Shown piece after piece: positions 49,708-63,589 of a stretch of 64,000 bases of DNA. Numbering within the stretch: position 1 is the first letter of the stretch; each line of letters starts with the position of its first letter. The DNA comes from Vicugna vicugna. Lineage: Eukaryota. The DNA lies in contig MU057887.1 in NCBI GenBank assembly GCA_013265495.1, positions 3,933,668-3,997,667 of the forward strand, given 5' to 3'. The position numbers and the translations under genes are program-made. Below the pieces are notes generated by a model, which was given only the letters and a program-made list of their open reading frames with translations, did not search any database and had not been told where the DNA came from.

Positions 49708-52273
49708 GTAAGATAATTTTCTTTTTTGATTCTGCTTTATTGTGTATTTATACACGTATTCTGTGTAAGTGAATGTTCAAAGATGGATGACAGCAAAAAT
49801 TGTAGTTTTGAAGATGTGCGTATGGTTTCCTGACTTTCACGGGTTTTGATGGTCCTGTGTCTGATTTTGAGATGCTGTGTGTGGGAAGGTTACTTGGTCT
49901 CTCCAAGCCAAGGGAAGCCCAGTAAAAGGGGCAGCCAGGCACGTGCAGGGAGGTCTGTGCGCGTGTTCTGTTGAGGTTGCCATCCCCAGTGCGGTCCACA
50001 TATAGGTGGAGAGGGAAGAAGGGACTTGTGCCCCACAGAGTGGATGCTCCTCCAAGGCTCTCCTGTTGCAGTCCAGTTAGATGTGGTTCAACGACATGTA
50101 TATAAATTATTCTGAGCACGTATGTGCGTTAAGAATTAAGCCAACTCTTCAAAGGCCAAAAGAGAAAAAGAAAAGAAATAGTATTGTGATAGAATTCTTT
50201 TGTTCCTTGCTGAAGAAAATAAAAATTGTTTTCAGAGCAAAGAATATTCAGTGTAGGCCCTTGGGATTTCTATAGATTAAATTGAAGCAAACTTGAATGC
50301 ACATTCAGGACACACACAGACCACTGTGAGGGGAGCTGGCATAATTAGGTGCCCTAAGGGCTGCAGATATTGAATAATCAGATGCAACATATGTAATAAT
50401 GTGTGAAATGTTTGAGGAAATGCAAAATAGAGTAAAAATTCATAACGAAAATCAAAGTATGAAAACGAACCAACTAGAAATTTCGGAAATAAAAAAGAAA
50501 GTTGAAATTAAAAACTCGCTGTGAGTGGATTAAACAGATTAGACGTAGCTGAAGACAGAGTTAGGGAACTGGAATATACCCCTGAAGAAGTTATCTAGTT
50601 TGCAGCATTGAGAGGTGGGAGATGGAAAGTGAGGCTGAGAAACGGAGGGTAGATAAAAGTGTTCTGAGTGTGTGGTGGGGCCCCAGGACAGAGACTTGAA
50701 GAGAACAGGAACAGGCATTGTTCAGAGTACTGATCGCTTTGACTTTTCAGAAATGAACGAAGGAGATAAATCCATAGACTCAGGGAGCTCTAGGAAGCAC
50801 ACTGTGTCCTAACCTGTATAAAAGTGTAAAAGGAAACCCATGCCTGCACACTGAGATTGTATAGCACCAAAGCCAAGAAGCCTGTGAGCCAGAGGTAAAA
50901 GACGGAGTCCCTGCAAGGAACATCTGTGAGGCGGAGAGAAGATGTCTCGTTAGTATGAATAGAGCCCAGTAGAGTGTGGAGTAATTCCTCAAAGTGATGA
51001 GAGAATATGAATTTTAGTATAGAATTGTGTATCAGGTATATTTTGCAAAAAAACAGCAATGTTTTTATGTTTTTGATAAATGTTAGGCTAGGTTATTTGG
51101 ACTACCTTCTGTCCTCCCCTTCCCCACCCTACAGAAAACAGCTAACGTCGTGTTAAAGAGAAAATCAGAGGGCTGACAATACAGCAAGGAAGTTTTAGGC
51201 CACAGAGTAACAGAAAGAACCAGAAAGGTAGTTTAAGCACCATAGGATGGAGTCTGCCTTTGCCCTAGGGCGTTGCTCATCTGGACAAAGTAGAGCGTGG
51301 ACGTCAGAGGCCTCGTCGGCCTCTGAGGTGAAGTGAAGATACACAGTCCTCTCAGGTAGAGGATAAAGGGGACCCTCCCCGTATTAGGTGGGGCTCTGAA
51401 GGTCTGTGTCCGCAGAGTCAGGGTGAACTAGAACCATCCTGCCCCCACCTGGTTGTCTTTTACTAAATGTAGCCGGAAAAACGGGGAAACCTGTGCCTGC
51501 AGATTAGATTAGCCTTTGTGAGGAGTTGTACCCCAGGTTCACGCTGCCTGGTAGTTCAGAGAAATCAAGCATGAATTGAAGGTTTTCTGGTTTGGTAATA
51601 CCTTCAGGCATCCTATGGGACCAAACATAAAACCTTTCTGGAGGAAGTTACGGTCATCCTAGAATGCAGAAAATTCCTATGGGTATTTTTTAAGGGCAGG
51701 GATTAGTACACAGCCAAAACTGACCCAGCACACAGGGAAGTAAGGCACCAGGCATGGGAAGCCACAGCACAGGCCTCGAAGGCGTCAGGCTGGGGGCTGC
51801 CAGGAACAGAGTGTTAACTAAGTGCACTCTCTGTCTTTAAAGAGACACTTAAGGAAATGAAAACATCCGCAGGAAGCAGTAAAAGGCGATGTGTAATATT
51901 TGAAAAGAACCAGATATAACTTCTTTATATAGAACCAGTATAAAGAATTTCTCACGTGGTTTTTTTAAACTTACATATATATATTTATTGAAGTATAATC
52001 AGTTTACAGTGTTGTGTCAGTTTCTGGTGCATAGCACAATGTGTCAGTCATACATGAACATACATATATTCGTTTTCATATTATTTTTCACCATAAGTTA
52101 CTACAAGATACTGAATATAGTTTCCTGTGCTATATAGTATGAGCGTGTTTATTTTACATATACTCATATGGGTTTAATACTGAATTATATAGTAAAGAGA
52201 TAATCAGTGAACCAGAAAGCATGACAGGAGAAGGCACCCAGAATGAAGCACAGAGCAAATGATGGAAAATACA

Positions 52274-52357
52274 GGGCAGAGGGTCTAGCTCAGTGGTAGA
52301 GCACGTCTTAGCATGCAGGAGGTCCTGGGTTCAATTCCCAGTGCCTCCATTAAAAAA
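52274..52357 (+). mobile_element. tRNA-derived SINE (short form)
   Basis: tagctcagtggtagagcacgtcttagcatgcaggaggtcctgggttcaattcccagt plus an A tail. Confidence 0.85.
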
Positions 52358-55300
52358 GACAATGTAGAGTAGAGGTTAGGCAGCATGGAGGATAGCACGA
52401 GAATGTCTAATGTATGTTAAATGGGCATTTTATAAAAAGGAGAATGGGGGCAGATCTATCATTCGAAAAGATAAAGGCTAGAGATTTTCAAGAATTGGTG
52501 GAAAAAATCACATTGAAAAAGACAGATGAATCATAAGCAGGATAAATTAAAAGCAAATTTCCAGCTGGTTGAAGAGAGTAAAGCTGCAGAGCTGCAGAGA
52601 CAAAGAGGGACCCTGAAATGAACCAGAGGAATGAGGTTAATGAACAGTGGTCACACTGAGCTTGCTTCTCAGCTGTGGCCGTGGAAGTCAGGGGCCAGTG
52701 AAAGAATAGTATCTTTATTGTCCTAAGAGTGAGCAGTTGCTAATTTCTAACTCTGTCTGTCAAAAATATCTTTCAAGAATGAGGTGGAGATGAATACACT
52801 TTTAGGAAAACAGAATCTGAGAGTTTATCAGTAGCAGTCCTTTACTAAAGACATTTCTAAATGTGCAGAAAGCAGTGATCCTAAGTGGAAGAACTAAAAT
52901 TTGAGAGAGAATGAAAAGCAAATCTAACATTCATTGTTTGTAGTAGATACAGCGTCTTTTGAAGGGAAGTCAGGCCAGAATCACGTGAGGCATGAAAGCA
53001 GCGCACGCGTTGAGAGAGGAGGGGTTAGGAGCTGAGGCAGTCAGCGTCTGTGTAGTAGCAGGGCTTGGGAGAGTGCGGGTTGGTGTGGATTTTAATACGT
53101 GCACAGCGCACAAGCTCTGAGGAGCCGCAGTAAGAATAGAAACAGCGTGCAGCTTCCAAAGAAGTGGGAGAAGGCCGGGAAACTTCCTGTATTCTTATTA
53201 AAAGAAACTTTCAGCAGCCCTTATATTTGATAATATACTGAAAGCTTTCTCTGAGAAAGTGGGAGGGAGACAGGGGTGCTTGCTCTGACTGCTTCTGTCC
53301 AGGACTATGATGGGGATTTTAGCCGGCCCAGTAAGTGAGAAAATGGGGGAGAAGATAAGAGATTGGAATGGAAGAAACAAAACTGTTATTATTCATTGAT
53401 GATGTGAACAAAGTTTTCTTTTGTATGTAAAAAGTCCAGAACAATCTACAGATAACAGTCAAATTAATAATCTTTTAGCAAGCTGCTGGATCCAAAATCA
53501 GCTTATAAAGATGAATTGTCATATCCCAGGAACAAACACATTGCAACGAAAAAGCTATGTGTATAGCAGCGTATACATCAGAAAGTACCTGGGGACACAT
53601 CTGAATACAAGAAGGTGTGCAGGGTCCATAGGGCGAGCACTGTGCATTTTGAAACTGAAGAAAGGCTTGAGTGAGTGGACAGCTCCACCCTGGTTTAGGG
53701 TTAGAACATGCAGTGTTGTATGTAAATATTCCAGTGTCCTCCAAACTGGTCTAGAAATTCATTGTCATCTCAATCAAAAAACCCAAGGGCTTGCACGGGA
53801 GGATGGGGATAGGGAGGGTGGAACTGACCAGGTGACTTTGAAATGCTTGAAAATGAAAGTATCCTTGAGTAGTTGAGACAGTCTTGAAGACCTGCAGTCC
53901 ATTCCGCGTGTGCAGACCTCGCTGAGACATGGCTTTGAAAGCCGGAAACGCTGGTATTCTTGCTGTTGGTGGGGTGTCCGTCGGTCTTGGTTTTTGCCTG
54001 TGGTGCCGGTTTTATTAATAGCGTGTCCTTTCATCATGAGTCCCCTTGGAATCTCATTATGCTATTTCTGGAAAGGCTTGACTGCACTTTTGGTTTTTAG
54101 TGTTTTGTTTGTTTGTTTGAGTTTCTCACATTTTCCCAAATGTAGAACTCCAAGTCAAGGAATAGTATCTGGTGATAGTAGAGAAAGGTTGCTTCTCTCC
54201 GGTCAGTCAGGGTGGTCAGGTGGGAGCGCCAGGCTGGCCCGTGAGGACCCTGGGCTCCTCACCTCTGCTGTGGTCGTAGTGCTGCAGCGGCAGTTGTCCT
54301 TCTACGGCCGGGAGAGGTGGGTGCATGTTAGGACTGGTGGAGCAGGGGAGGTGACACTGGTGAGGCTTAATAGTGCGTGTGAGTGACGTCACCCCCCCTT
54401 CCTTTACTCGCCCAGAAAGTGCATTTTTTATATGCCAGACATATTACTTAAGTCCCATAACATTTTGAAGAAAATATGGTCATTTTATAGGTGAGAAAAC
54501 TAAAGCTCAGGGAGGTTAAGAAGCTTGCTCTAAGTGTATTAAGGCCCGGACTGAGCTGCTGCAGCCGACATCCTAGAGCTCAGTGGCTGAAGCACACTTC
54601 TCCCAGCCCCGTGCCTGGTCTGCTCGCAGCCTTCCTGGGTGGCAGCCCCTCTTGGAGGAGGTCCAGTCTGAGTTGCTCCAGTTCTTGCCGTCCCCAGGAG
54701 GAGGAGGGTCCTGGAGACCCCGTGGCTCACAGCAGTAAGGCCTTGACGTCCCAGCGTTACTTCCACGCCCACCCGGGTGCCCAGGGCTTCGTCACGTGAC
54801 TACAGCTAGTTGCAGGGAAGCTCGGAAAGCTCCGCTTAAGAAGGGTGGCCAAGTACCCAACCCAAACGCTGCCATTGAAGGAGGGCGAATGAAGACTGGG
54901 GACCAGCAGAGTCCCTGTCACACCTGTTGCGTCAGTTGGGTGGGAGTGTGCACCCAGCCGGTGCTCCCGTCTGTTGGCTCCCTGCCCTGCTCCTCCGCTG
55001 CAGCTTGCTGCCCCCGGGAAGAGTCGGCCTTTCAGCGCTTCCGCCAGCTTTGTCTGCTGCTTGATGTGGTGAACCCCCCTGGAACTTTGACCCAGGTGTG
55101 CAAGGGGCTGTGAGCACTGCTCCTGTCCTAGAGGAGCTCGCCGTCTGCTGGGGATGGGCACACTCACTGCCATCCGGGTAGGCCCTTTGGAGCGCTGCCC
55201 CGGTGGAGCCTGGCCCTGTTCTGGAGATTGGTTCTGGCTCTGACAGGGCTGGGACTGTGTTTCCTGAGTCTCAGATGGGTCAGTATAGATAACATAAAGC

Positions 55301-58300
55301 TATTCTTTTATAATTATTTAAACTTATCTTTACGTTTGTGGCTATTTCTTTTCACTTCCGATTTTGGATTTCTGTTCATCTGTTCCTCCCCTCACCAGTG
55401 GACTGTGCCCAGTGTAGACATGGTCTCATTTGTTGACTGACTGATTGTACAAGTATTTACTGCTTTCCACAGATCACATCGTGGTTTTTTTTTTTTTTTT
55501 TAGACCAAATAGGATTCCAGTGGTGTGTTGGTGAACATTTACAGGTGGCTCCCTGGGGGAGTAAAAAACCCCTGGCTTTTGTTGCTTTCTGCAGTGCAGA
55601 TGCTTCTGTCACGTCCAGTTTGAGCTGCCAGTGTGATGGCAGAGGGAGAGGCGCACAGTCAGCTCCTGGAGCAGGTCATGCCTCTTGGGCCACCGCTGAG
55701 CCTGTCCTCTGCGTACGGTGACCTCATCTGTTTCCTCCTTTCCTCTGCAGTTGGGACCTTTGAGGGGAACGTGCACCCGCCCCAATTATGGGCTCTGCAC
55801 AACAGGGTGGCTCAGTTAATCCTCACAGCAGCTCTAGGAGGTGCTCCTGTTCCCAGTTTACAGGTGAGGACACCAGGGCACAAGAGGTCATGTCATGCTC
55901 AGGTCACACAGTAGAGTCAAGACTTTGGTCATAAATCTTTAAAAAAAAAAAAAGCAGCTGATCTGTGGCCGGATAGGTAATAGGGTGCATTTCAGATTAT
56001 GATTTTCTCTTAGCAACAGTCTCTATCCCAGTGTTCTTTTTTTGAAGGGCTCTGTTCGTGAAACTGCAAGATCATATTAGCAGCATTTCTCTTTGGAAGC
56101 TGCCTTCTGTCTGATGGTTATACTCACCAGAAAAAGTAAATAAAGAAGCAGAACTTGGAGTTCCTTCAGTTTGGCTGTTGGTGATGCTTTGCTTGGCATT
56201 CTAGGTAGACTGTGGGAAAACATAGTCAGGATGTGACAGAATCCCTGGGCTGTGTTGATGTTGCAAGTATAGCCAGAGGTGACTCAAGTCAATGAGCTAG
56301 TTCACGTGCCAGTAATTTGTTCTAAAGATGCTGGTAGAGGTGGGCCTCTGGGTCGTCTCGGGAAGGAGGATTAGCCTTCCTGTAGGTGAGGGCCCACTGA
56401 GAGTACTGGCATGTCTGTGGAGGGCAGCGTGTAGTTGCTGGGACGTGGGAAGCGGTTGGGAAAGTACACAGCATTACCTGAGTGAAGGTTTGGGGACTGG
56501 TTTACACCAGTTCCTTAGGCAGTGAGATTCGCTGTTTCTAAACCAGTACCATTGCAGGGAACTCCTTCAGGGATGCCACCAGTGTGACTGTTTCATAAAA
56601 TGCGTAGATAGCTGATGGAAGTGCAGAAATGCTGTTGCACAGAGATCCTTGGTTTACACGGAGGTGTACTGGTGTGGGCTCCTGGCGTGTGGTTGCTCTC
56701 AGTGAGTGATCTGAAGAGTAGCCAGGTGTCACTGGTAGTGTAAATAGAAGTTCTCAGATGCTGGTCTGTAATGCTGGTGAGATAAGCAAAGGTGAACTTT
56801 TCTTAAACTGAATTTTTTCGTTGAGGTGTTATCCTCAGTCCTGAGGTTATGGCTTTCTCGTTTTGATGTTTAAAAAGCCATTGTCTAAATGAAGGTGATT
56901 GTAGATGTTAGTTTACCCTCTGCTCCTTTATGTCTACTTTTCTTTCTGTCTTTGTCTCCTTTCCTCCCTCCTCCTTGTTTGGCAAAGTGAAAAATTTGGC
57001 AACCCTTTGTTAGCTTTCCAAACTAAAATACTTACCAGCCTGCAAACTCTGAGTGCCTTGGGACGACTGAGCTGTCCCCTTGAGCAGGTGAGTTGGTGCA
57101 TTGGATTCTGCATGTGGGATGGGTTCTCAGAAGCCCTTGAGTGTCTCACTCTTCCACAAGGTGGAAATCCTTACTAGGCTTCCTGTTTTATGACTTAAGG
57201 GTAAATAAGTAGATGTTAACTTAGCTTATTGTTTCAGATGACAGAAGTTATGAATAAGTGAGCAGCATGATGATGATTATTTGGGTTTAATTTTGATTTT
57301 GTTTGTTGGCTGAGATTTGCTCTCTACTTAGCCTGTGACGGAGTACATGGGCTGAGTGGCTGTCCCGACCGTGAAGGGACCTGCAGTTGGGGCTGACACG
57401 TGGACCCAGTCCACGTCTGCGGTGCTGGTGTCCCTCAGAGCTGCCGCACAGCAGGCCGGGACATCTGCGAGCAGGACTCACACCACCTCCTACCTTCCCT
57501 CTGCTGGGGACACCTCACTGTCCTTGGAGGGCCCTCCAGCTTCCCCCTGGCCGGCGCTGTCACGTGTGCAGTGTGCACCCTGTTGTGTATCTGTGTTCCT
57601 GCAAATGCATGCTGTTGTTTGGTGTGTGTGTGTTTTAAATTAAATAGCTGGACCGTGTCATGGACCTGATTCCGTTTCTTACATTTTCCCGTTTGCCCAT
57701 CCTTTTGAGACTTGCCATCGAGTTTGCCCTCTACCTGTGCATGGCACTCCCCAGGTTCGCTTCCTGGGCTGCCTCCTCGTCCTCATACACGGCCCCCTGG
57801 TTTCTTTGGGGTGTCCTGGGGGCAGTGGGTCACGGGGCACATGGACAGACATGGGTGGTTTCCTGAGCGCTGTCACGATGCCCTCGTGTGGCCACCCACC
57901 TTCCCTCTGGTTGGGAGTGTATGAGGTCCCTCCTGCCACCTGGCCTGCCAGCACTTCTGATGATCCAGTCAATCCTGCCGGCATGAATTCATGTATGTAT
58001 TTAGTTACCTTTTTCAAAGAGTCAAGTTTTAGTTAATCTCACTTTTTAAATTTTCTATTTCGTTGATTCAGATTATTATAGTTACTCTTTCTTTTTCTTA
58101 TGTTCTTAAGTTAATTGCTTAGTTTGTTTAGTTTTAATCATTCTCATTTCCTGGCAAGTATATTTAAAACCATATTCTTTTCTTACTGCTTATGGCTATA
58201 TCTTACGAATTTTGATATGTAGTATTTCCATTATTATTCAGTTGTATTTCTTTTTTTTAAAGATTTTTTATTGAGTTATAGTCATTTTACAGTGTTGTGT

Positions 58301-58519
58301 CAAATTCCAGTATAGAGCACAATTTTTCAGTTATACTCGAACATACGTATTTTCATTGTTACATTTTTTTTTGCTGTGAAGTTGTGAATATTAATCATTT
58401 TTTTAAACTGTGGTTTTTTTAAGGATATGTTTGTCTCAGACAGATAGGATTTCTTTTGACAATTTTATTAAGATATATTTCACACACCATAAAATTCACT
58501 CATTTAAAGTATACAATTC

Positions 58520-58760
58520 GGGGGAGAGAACATAGCTCAGTGGTAGATCCACAAGGTCCTGGGTTCAATCCCCAGTCCCTCCATTAAATAATAAATAGAT
58601 AAATGTAATTACCTTCCCCCAAAATAAAATAAAATATTAAATAAAATAAAGTATATAGTTTGGAGGAGGAAGGGTATGGCTCAGGGGTAGAGTACATGCT
58701 TAGTGTGCACAAGGTCCTGGGTTCAATCCCCAGTACTGCCAGTAAAAATAAATAAAAACC
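58520..58760 (+). mobile_element. Two head-to-tail tRNA-derived SINEs (58520-58650 and 58662-58760)
   Basis: Two copies of agctcagtggtaga...aaggtcctgggttcaatccccagt with A-rich tails. Confidence 0.85.
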
Positions 58761-58769
58761 TTATGAAAA

Positions 58770-59933
58770 CATGTACAACTCAGTGGATTATGGTGCATTC
58801 ACAGAGTTGTGCTGCCATTATCATGATCAATTTGAGAACATTTTCATCACCCGCAAAGAAGCCTTGTGCCCTTTATCAGTCATTCCCCATCTCCCCCAGC
58901 CCTCCCTTCCCCCTGTCACGGACAGTCACTAACCTGGTTTTCCTCTGTAGGTTCGCTCACTCTGGTCATTTCACGTAATGGTACCCTGCACCATGTGGTC
59001 TTTCATGATTGACTTCTTTCACTTAATATATCTTCCAGGTTCATCCAGCTCTCAGTACATAGCAGTACTTCATTCTTTGTCATTACTGAACAATATTACA
59101 TTGTTTGGTTAGATCACATTTTAAAAATCCATTTTTCCTTTGATGGACATTTGGGTTCTCTCCCTCTTTTGGCTTTTGTGAATAATGCCGTGGTGGACAT
59201 TTGTGTCCTGATTTATGTGTAGACGTTTGTCTTCCTCTCTTGAGTGTGTGCCTAGGAAAAGAATTGCTGGGTCATGTGGTCACTCCATGTTGGATCATTT
59301 GAGGAACTGCCAGACTTTTGCAAAGCAGCTGCACCATTTCACATTCCTACCAGCTTCTCCACGTCTTTGCCAGCACTTCTTACTATCACTTTTTATGATT
59401 CTAGCCATCCTAGTGGCTGTGAGGTTGTACCTCATTGTCGTTTTGACTTACTTGCATTTCTCTGATGGCTGCTGGAACTAAGCATTTTTTTCATGTGCTT
59501 ATTGGCCACTTGGATATTTTCTTTGGAGAAGTATTTATTCAGATCCTTTGCTCATTTTAAAATTTGTCTTTTTATTATTGAGTTGTAAGAATTCTTTATA
59601 TATTCCAGATACAAGTCCTTTATCAGATACATGATTTGCAAAAATTTTCTTCTGTAAACATTTTCTCCCATTGTGTCGGTTGTCTTTACACTTTCTTGAA
59701 GGTGTCATTTAAAACACAAGAACTTTATTTTTGAGGAAGTCTAATTTATATTTTCGTATGTTAATTTTGGTGTCATTCCTAAGAAACTGTTGCCAAATCC
59801 AAAGTCATGATTTAGCTGTATTTTTTTCTTCTAAGGATTTTATAGTTTAAGCTCTTAAATTTAGGTCTTTGATCTATTTTGAGTAATTCTTTGTATATAG
59901 TGTATAGGTAAGGGTCCAAATTTATTCTTTTGC
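58770..59933 (-). mobile_element. Old L1 (L1MB-like) 3' region
   Basis: tgatggacatttgggtt...gaattgctgggtcatgtggt...ctcattgtcgttttga. Confidence 0.75.
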
Positions 59934-60893
59934 CCACTGACATTGATGGACAGATCCGGACAGAACATTAGTAAAGCAACAGAGATCCTAAGTGACACAA
60001 TGGAACAGTTAGAATTAATTGATATTTTCAGGACATTACATGCAAAAAAACCCAAGATACACTTTTTTTCCCAAATGCACATGAAACATTTCCTAGGGTA
60101 GACCACATACTAGGACACAAAACAAGCCTCAACAAATTTAAGCGGATAGAAATTATTTCAAGCATCTTTTCTGACCACAGCTGTGTGAAACTAGAAGTCA
60201 ACCACAAAAAGAGAAATAAGGGAAAAAAAAATTACACGGAGACTTAACAGCATGTTACTAAAAAACCAGTAAGTCAAGATGAAATCAAAGAGGAAATTAA
60301 AAAAAATCTTCAGACAAATGACAATGAAAACACAACCATACAAAAATCTATGGGATGCAGCAAAAGCAGTCCTAAGAGAGAAATTCATAATGATACAGGC
60401 CTTCCTCAAAAAATAAGAAAAATGTCAAATAAACAACCTAACATACCACCTAAATTAGAAAAAGAAGAGCAAACAAAATGTAAAATCAGCAGAAGGAGAG
60501 AAATAATAAAGATCAGAGAGGAAATAAATAAAACAGAGATAAAAAACAATAGGAAAAAATAAAAAAAAACCAAGAGCTATTTTTTTGAAAGGGTAAACAG
60601 AATCAGCAAACCTCTGGCCAGGCTCACCAGGAAGAAAGGAGAGAGGACCCAGATAAACAAAATAAAAGATGAAAGAGGAGAAATAGCTACTGATACTGCA
60701 GAAATACTAGTAAAATTTAAGACTACCATGAACAACTACGTGGAAACAAATTGGACAACCTGAAATAAATGGGCAAGTTTCTAGAAACGTATAGACCACC
60801 AACACTGAATCAGGAAAAAATAGATAATTTGAACAGACTAATCACTGGAAGTGAAATGTTATCTGTAATAGAAGAAAACTCCCTGCAAACAAA
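59934..60893 (+). mobile_element. Internal L1 ORF2 fragment (endonuclease end and linker) inserted into an antisense L1
   Basis: gaccacatactaggacacaaaacaagcctcaacaaattt...caaaatctatgggatgcagcaaaagcagt. Confidence 0.8.
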
Positions 60894-62759
60894 TTCTTCT
60901 GTGTGCAGATATCTAATTATTTATTCCAGCATCATATACTGAAAATACTATTCTAACCCCCATTGAATTGTTTTGGCACCCTTGTCAAAAGTCAATTGAC
61001 TGTAATTGTGGGTTTTTTTTGTCATTTTTCAGTTTTATTAGGTGGAATTGTTACAGTTTAACTGCACATATACAACATACTGCATGTAAATATGTATATA
61101 CAATATACTGCACATTTTCTTTTTTAGTTTACAGTTATGTAGTGATCATTATTTCTAAAAACAGTTTAGAGATTTAGGTTTTTAGTGAGTGCTTATTTCT
61201 TGGCTCTCAGTTCTGTTCTGTCAATCTGTATGTCGTTCCTCATGCCAGAGCCACAGTGTCTTGGTTACTGTAACTTTGTGGTAAATTTTGAAATTGGGAA
61301 GTCCTCCAACTCTGTTCCTTTTCAAGACTGTTTTGTCTGTTCTGGACCTCTTACATTCCCAGATGGACTTTAGCATCAGCTTGTTGATTGACATAGGATT
61401 TTTAGAAACTATCCTTGAGATATTAATTTCTGTGTTGTGTTGGGGAACACAGTCTGCAAGATGAAGGTCTTTTGAGTATATTGAGGCTTCCTTTTTTGAT
61501 TTAGTGTGTGGTTTATATTTGTAAATATTACTTGGTGTGTTCAAAAAGAATTTGGATACTTTGTCCTTGGGTGTAAATTTTGTGTTTCTTTAATAGTTTG
61601 AGCTTATTAATAGTATCCACATTTTAAAAACTGCAACTGTAGAAATAATACAGAGAGATTCCATTATACACTTTGTCCAGTTTCCCACCATGGTGACATT
61701 TTGCAAAATTATAGTAAAATATCACATTGAGGAATTGACATTGGTATAGCCCACTGGTCTCATTTACAGTCCTTAGAGTTATTTGTATGGTATGTGTGGG
61801 TGCTTAGTTCTGTACAGTTTGCCATCTGAGTAGGTTCTGGATCTACTACCATAGTCGAAATGCTGAGCGGTTCCAAAGCCACGGGGATTCTTGTGTTGCT
61901 CTTTAATGACACCACTCGTGTCCCTCCCTCTACTACCCCTTCCTGATCCCTGACCAGTGGCAGCCACTAGTTTGTCCCCCATTTCTAAAATTCTCTCATT
62001 TCGAAGACGTTCTGTATAGATGGAATCATACAGTATGTAACCTTTTGGGATGGACTTCTTTTGCTCAGCAGTAATTCCCTGGAGACGCATCCAGGTTGTT
62101 GCAGGTATGGATGGCTTGTTCTTTCTGCTGCTGAGTGGTATTCCATCATATGGTCGGACCACAGTGTAAGCGCTCATCTGGACTGATTCCTGGTTTTGAC
62201 TGTGACAAGTTGAGCTGCTGTGAGCATCCATGTGCAGGATTTTGTTTGAACTTAAGTTTTTTTCTCTCTCTAGGATAAGTGCCCAGGGCCAAGGCAGTTT
62301 TCACTTTTGGGTTTCTGCCGGCTGCTGCAGTAAAGGTTACAGAGGTTGACCAGGACTGTGAGTGCATCTGTGTCTTGTCCTGCTGCCCCTTTTACCTGTA
62401 TAACATTCCTCTTTGCCTCTAATTTTGTCTTAACTTTTAGTTTGTCAGATGTTAAGATTGTAGCTCAGATTTCTTTTGGTTCACATTTGCCTTGTGTATG
62501 TTTTTCAGTCTTTTTGTTTCTACCTGTCTCAGTTTTTAAAGTATGTTTTTTGCAGTAAACAAATTGTTGGATACTGGGCTTATATAAAATTCAGTCTGAA
62601 AAACTATTTTATTGATTAGTTTATCCCATATACAATTATTGAAATTATTATATTAGTGCTAATTTAGATACTCAGTTTTTTTAAGTGCCATTTGTTAAAA
62701 AGGATTATACTTTCCCCATTGAATTGCTTTGCTACATTTGTTGAAAGTCAGTAGACCAT

Positions 62760-63350
62760 TGTTCACAGCAGCACTGTTTGTAATAGCCAAGACATGGAAG
62801 CAACCTAAATGTCCATCAACAGATGAATGGATAAAGAAGTTGTGGTATATATAGACAATAGATACTACTCAGCCATAAAAATAATAAAATAATGCCATTT
62901 GCAATAACATGGATGGGCCTAAAGATTATCATACTAAGTGAAGTGAGAGAAAAAAATACCATATGATATCACTTATATGTAGAATCTAAAAGAATGACAC
63001 AAATGAACTTATTTACAAAACAGAAACAGACTTAAAGACATAGAAAATAAATTTATAGTTACCACAGGGAAAGAGGGGGGTGGGGAGGGATAAATTGGGA
63101 GTTCAGTATTTGCAGATACTAACTACTGTATATAAAACAGATAAAAAGCAAAGCCCTACTGTGTAGCATGGGGAGCTACATTCAATATCTCGTGATAGCC
63201 TGTAATGAAAAAGAATATGAAAAGGAATATATGTGTATAATTGAATTACTATGCTGTACACCAGAAACTAACACTACATTGTAAACTGACTGTACTTCAA
63301 TAAGAAAATTTTTTTGAGAAGTAAAAAATATTAAAACTTAAAAAAAAAAA
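62760..63350 (+). mobile_element. 5'-truncated L1 3' end with poly(A) and a 17-bp TSD
   Basis: TSD gaaagtcagt(a/t)gaccat at 62743-62759 and 63351-63367. Confidence 0.88.
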
Positions 63351-63589
63351 GAAAGTCAGTTGACCATATATATGTTGGTCTATTTCTGGACTCCTCTGTT
63401 TTGTTCTGATGAATCACCAGAACCACACTGTTTTAATTAATCTCACTTTATAGTAAGTCTTGAAATCAGTGGTGTTGGTACTCCAATTTTGTTCTTCCTT
63501 TTCAAAATTGCTTTGGCTATTCTAGATTTTTTTCATTTCCATATACATTTTATTAAAAAATTTTTTAAGTTAAAATTATATCACTTATA

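Noticed and set aside
52274..52357. tRNA-like A/B box sequences here and at the other SINE sites
   Set aside because: These are SINE heads with A-rich tails or TSDs and degenerate stems, not tRNA genes.
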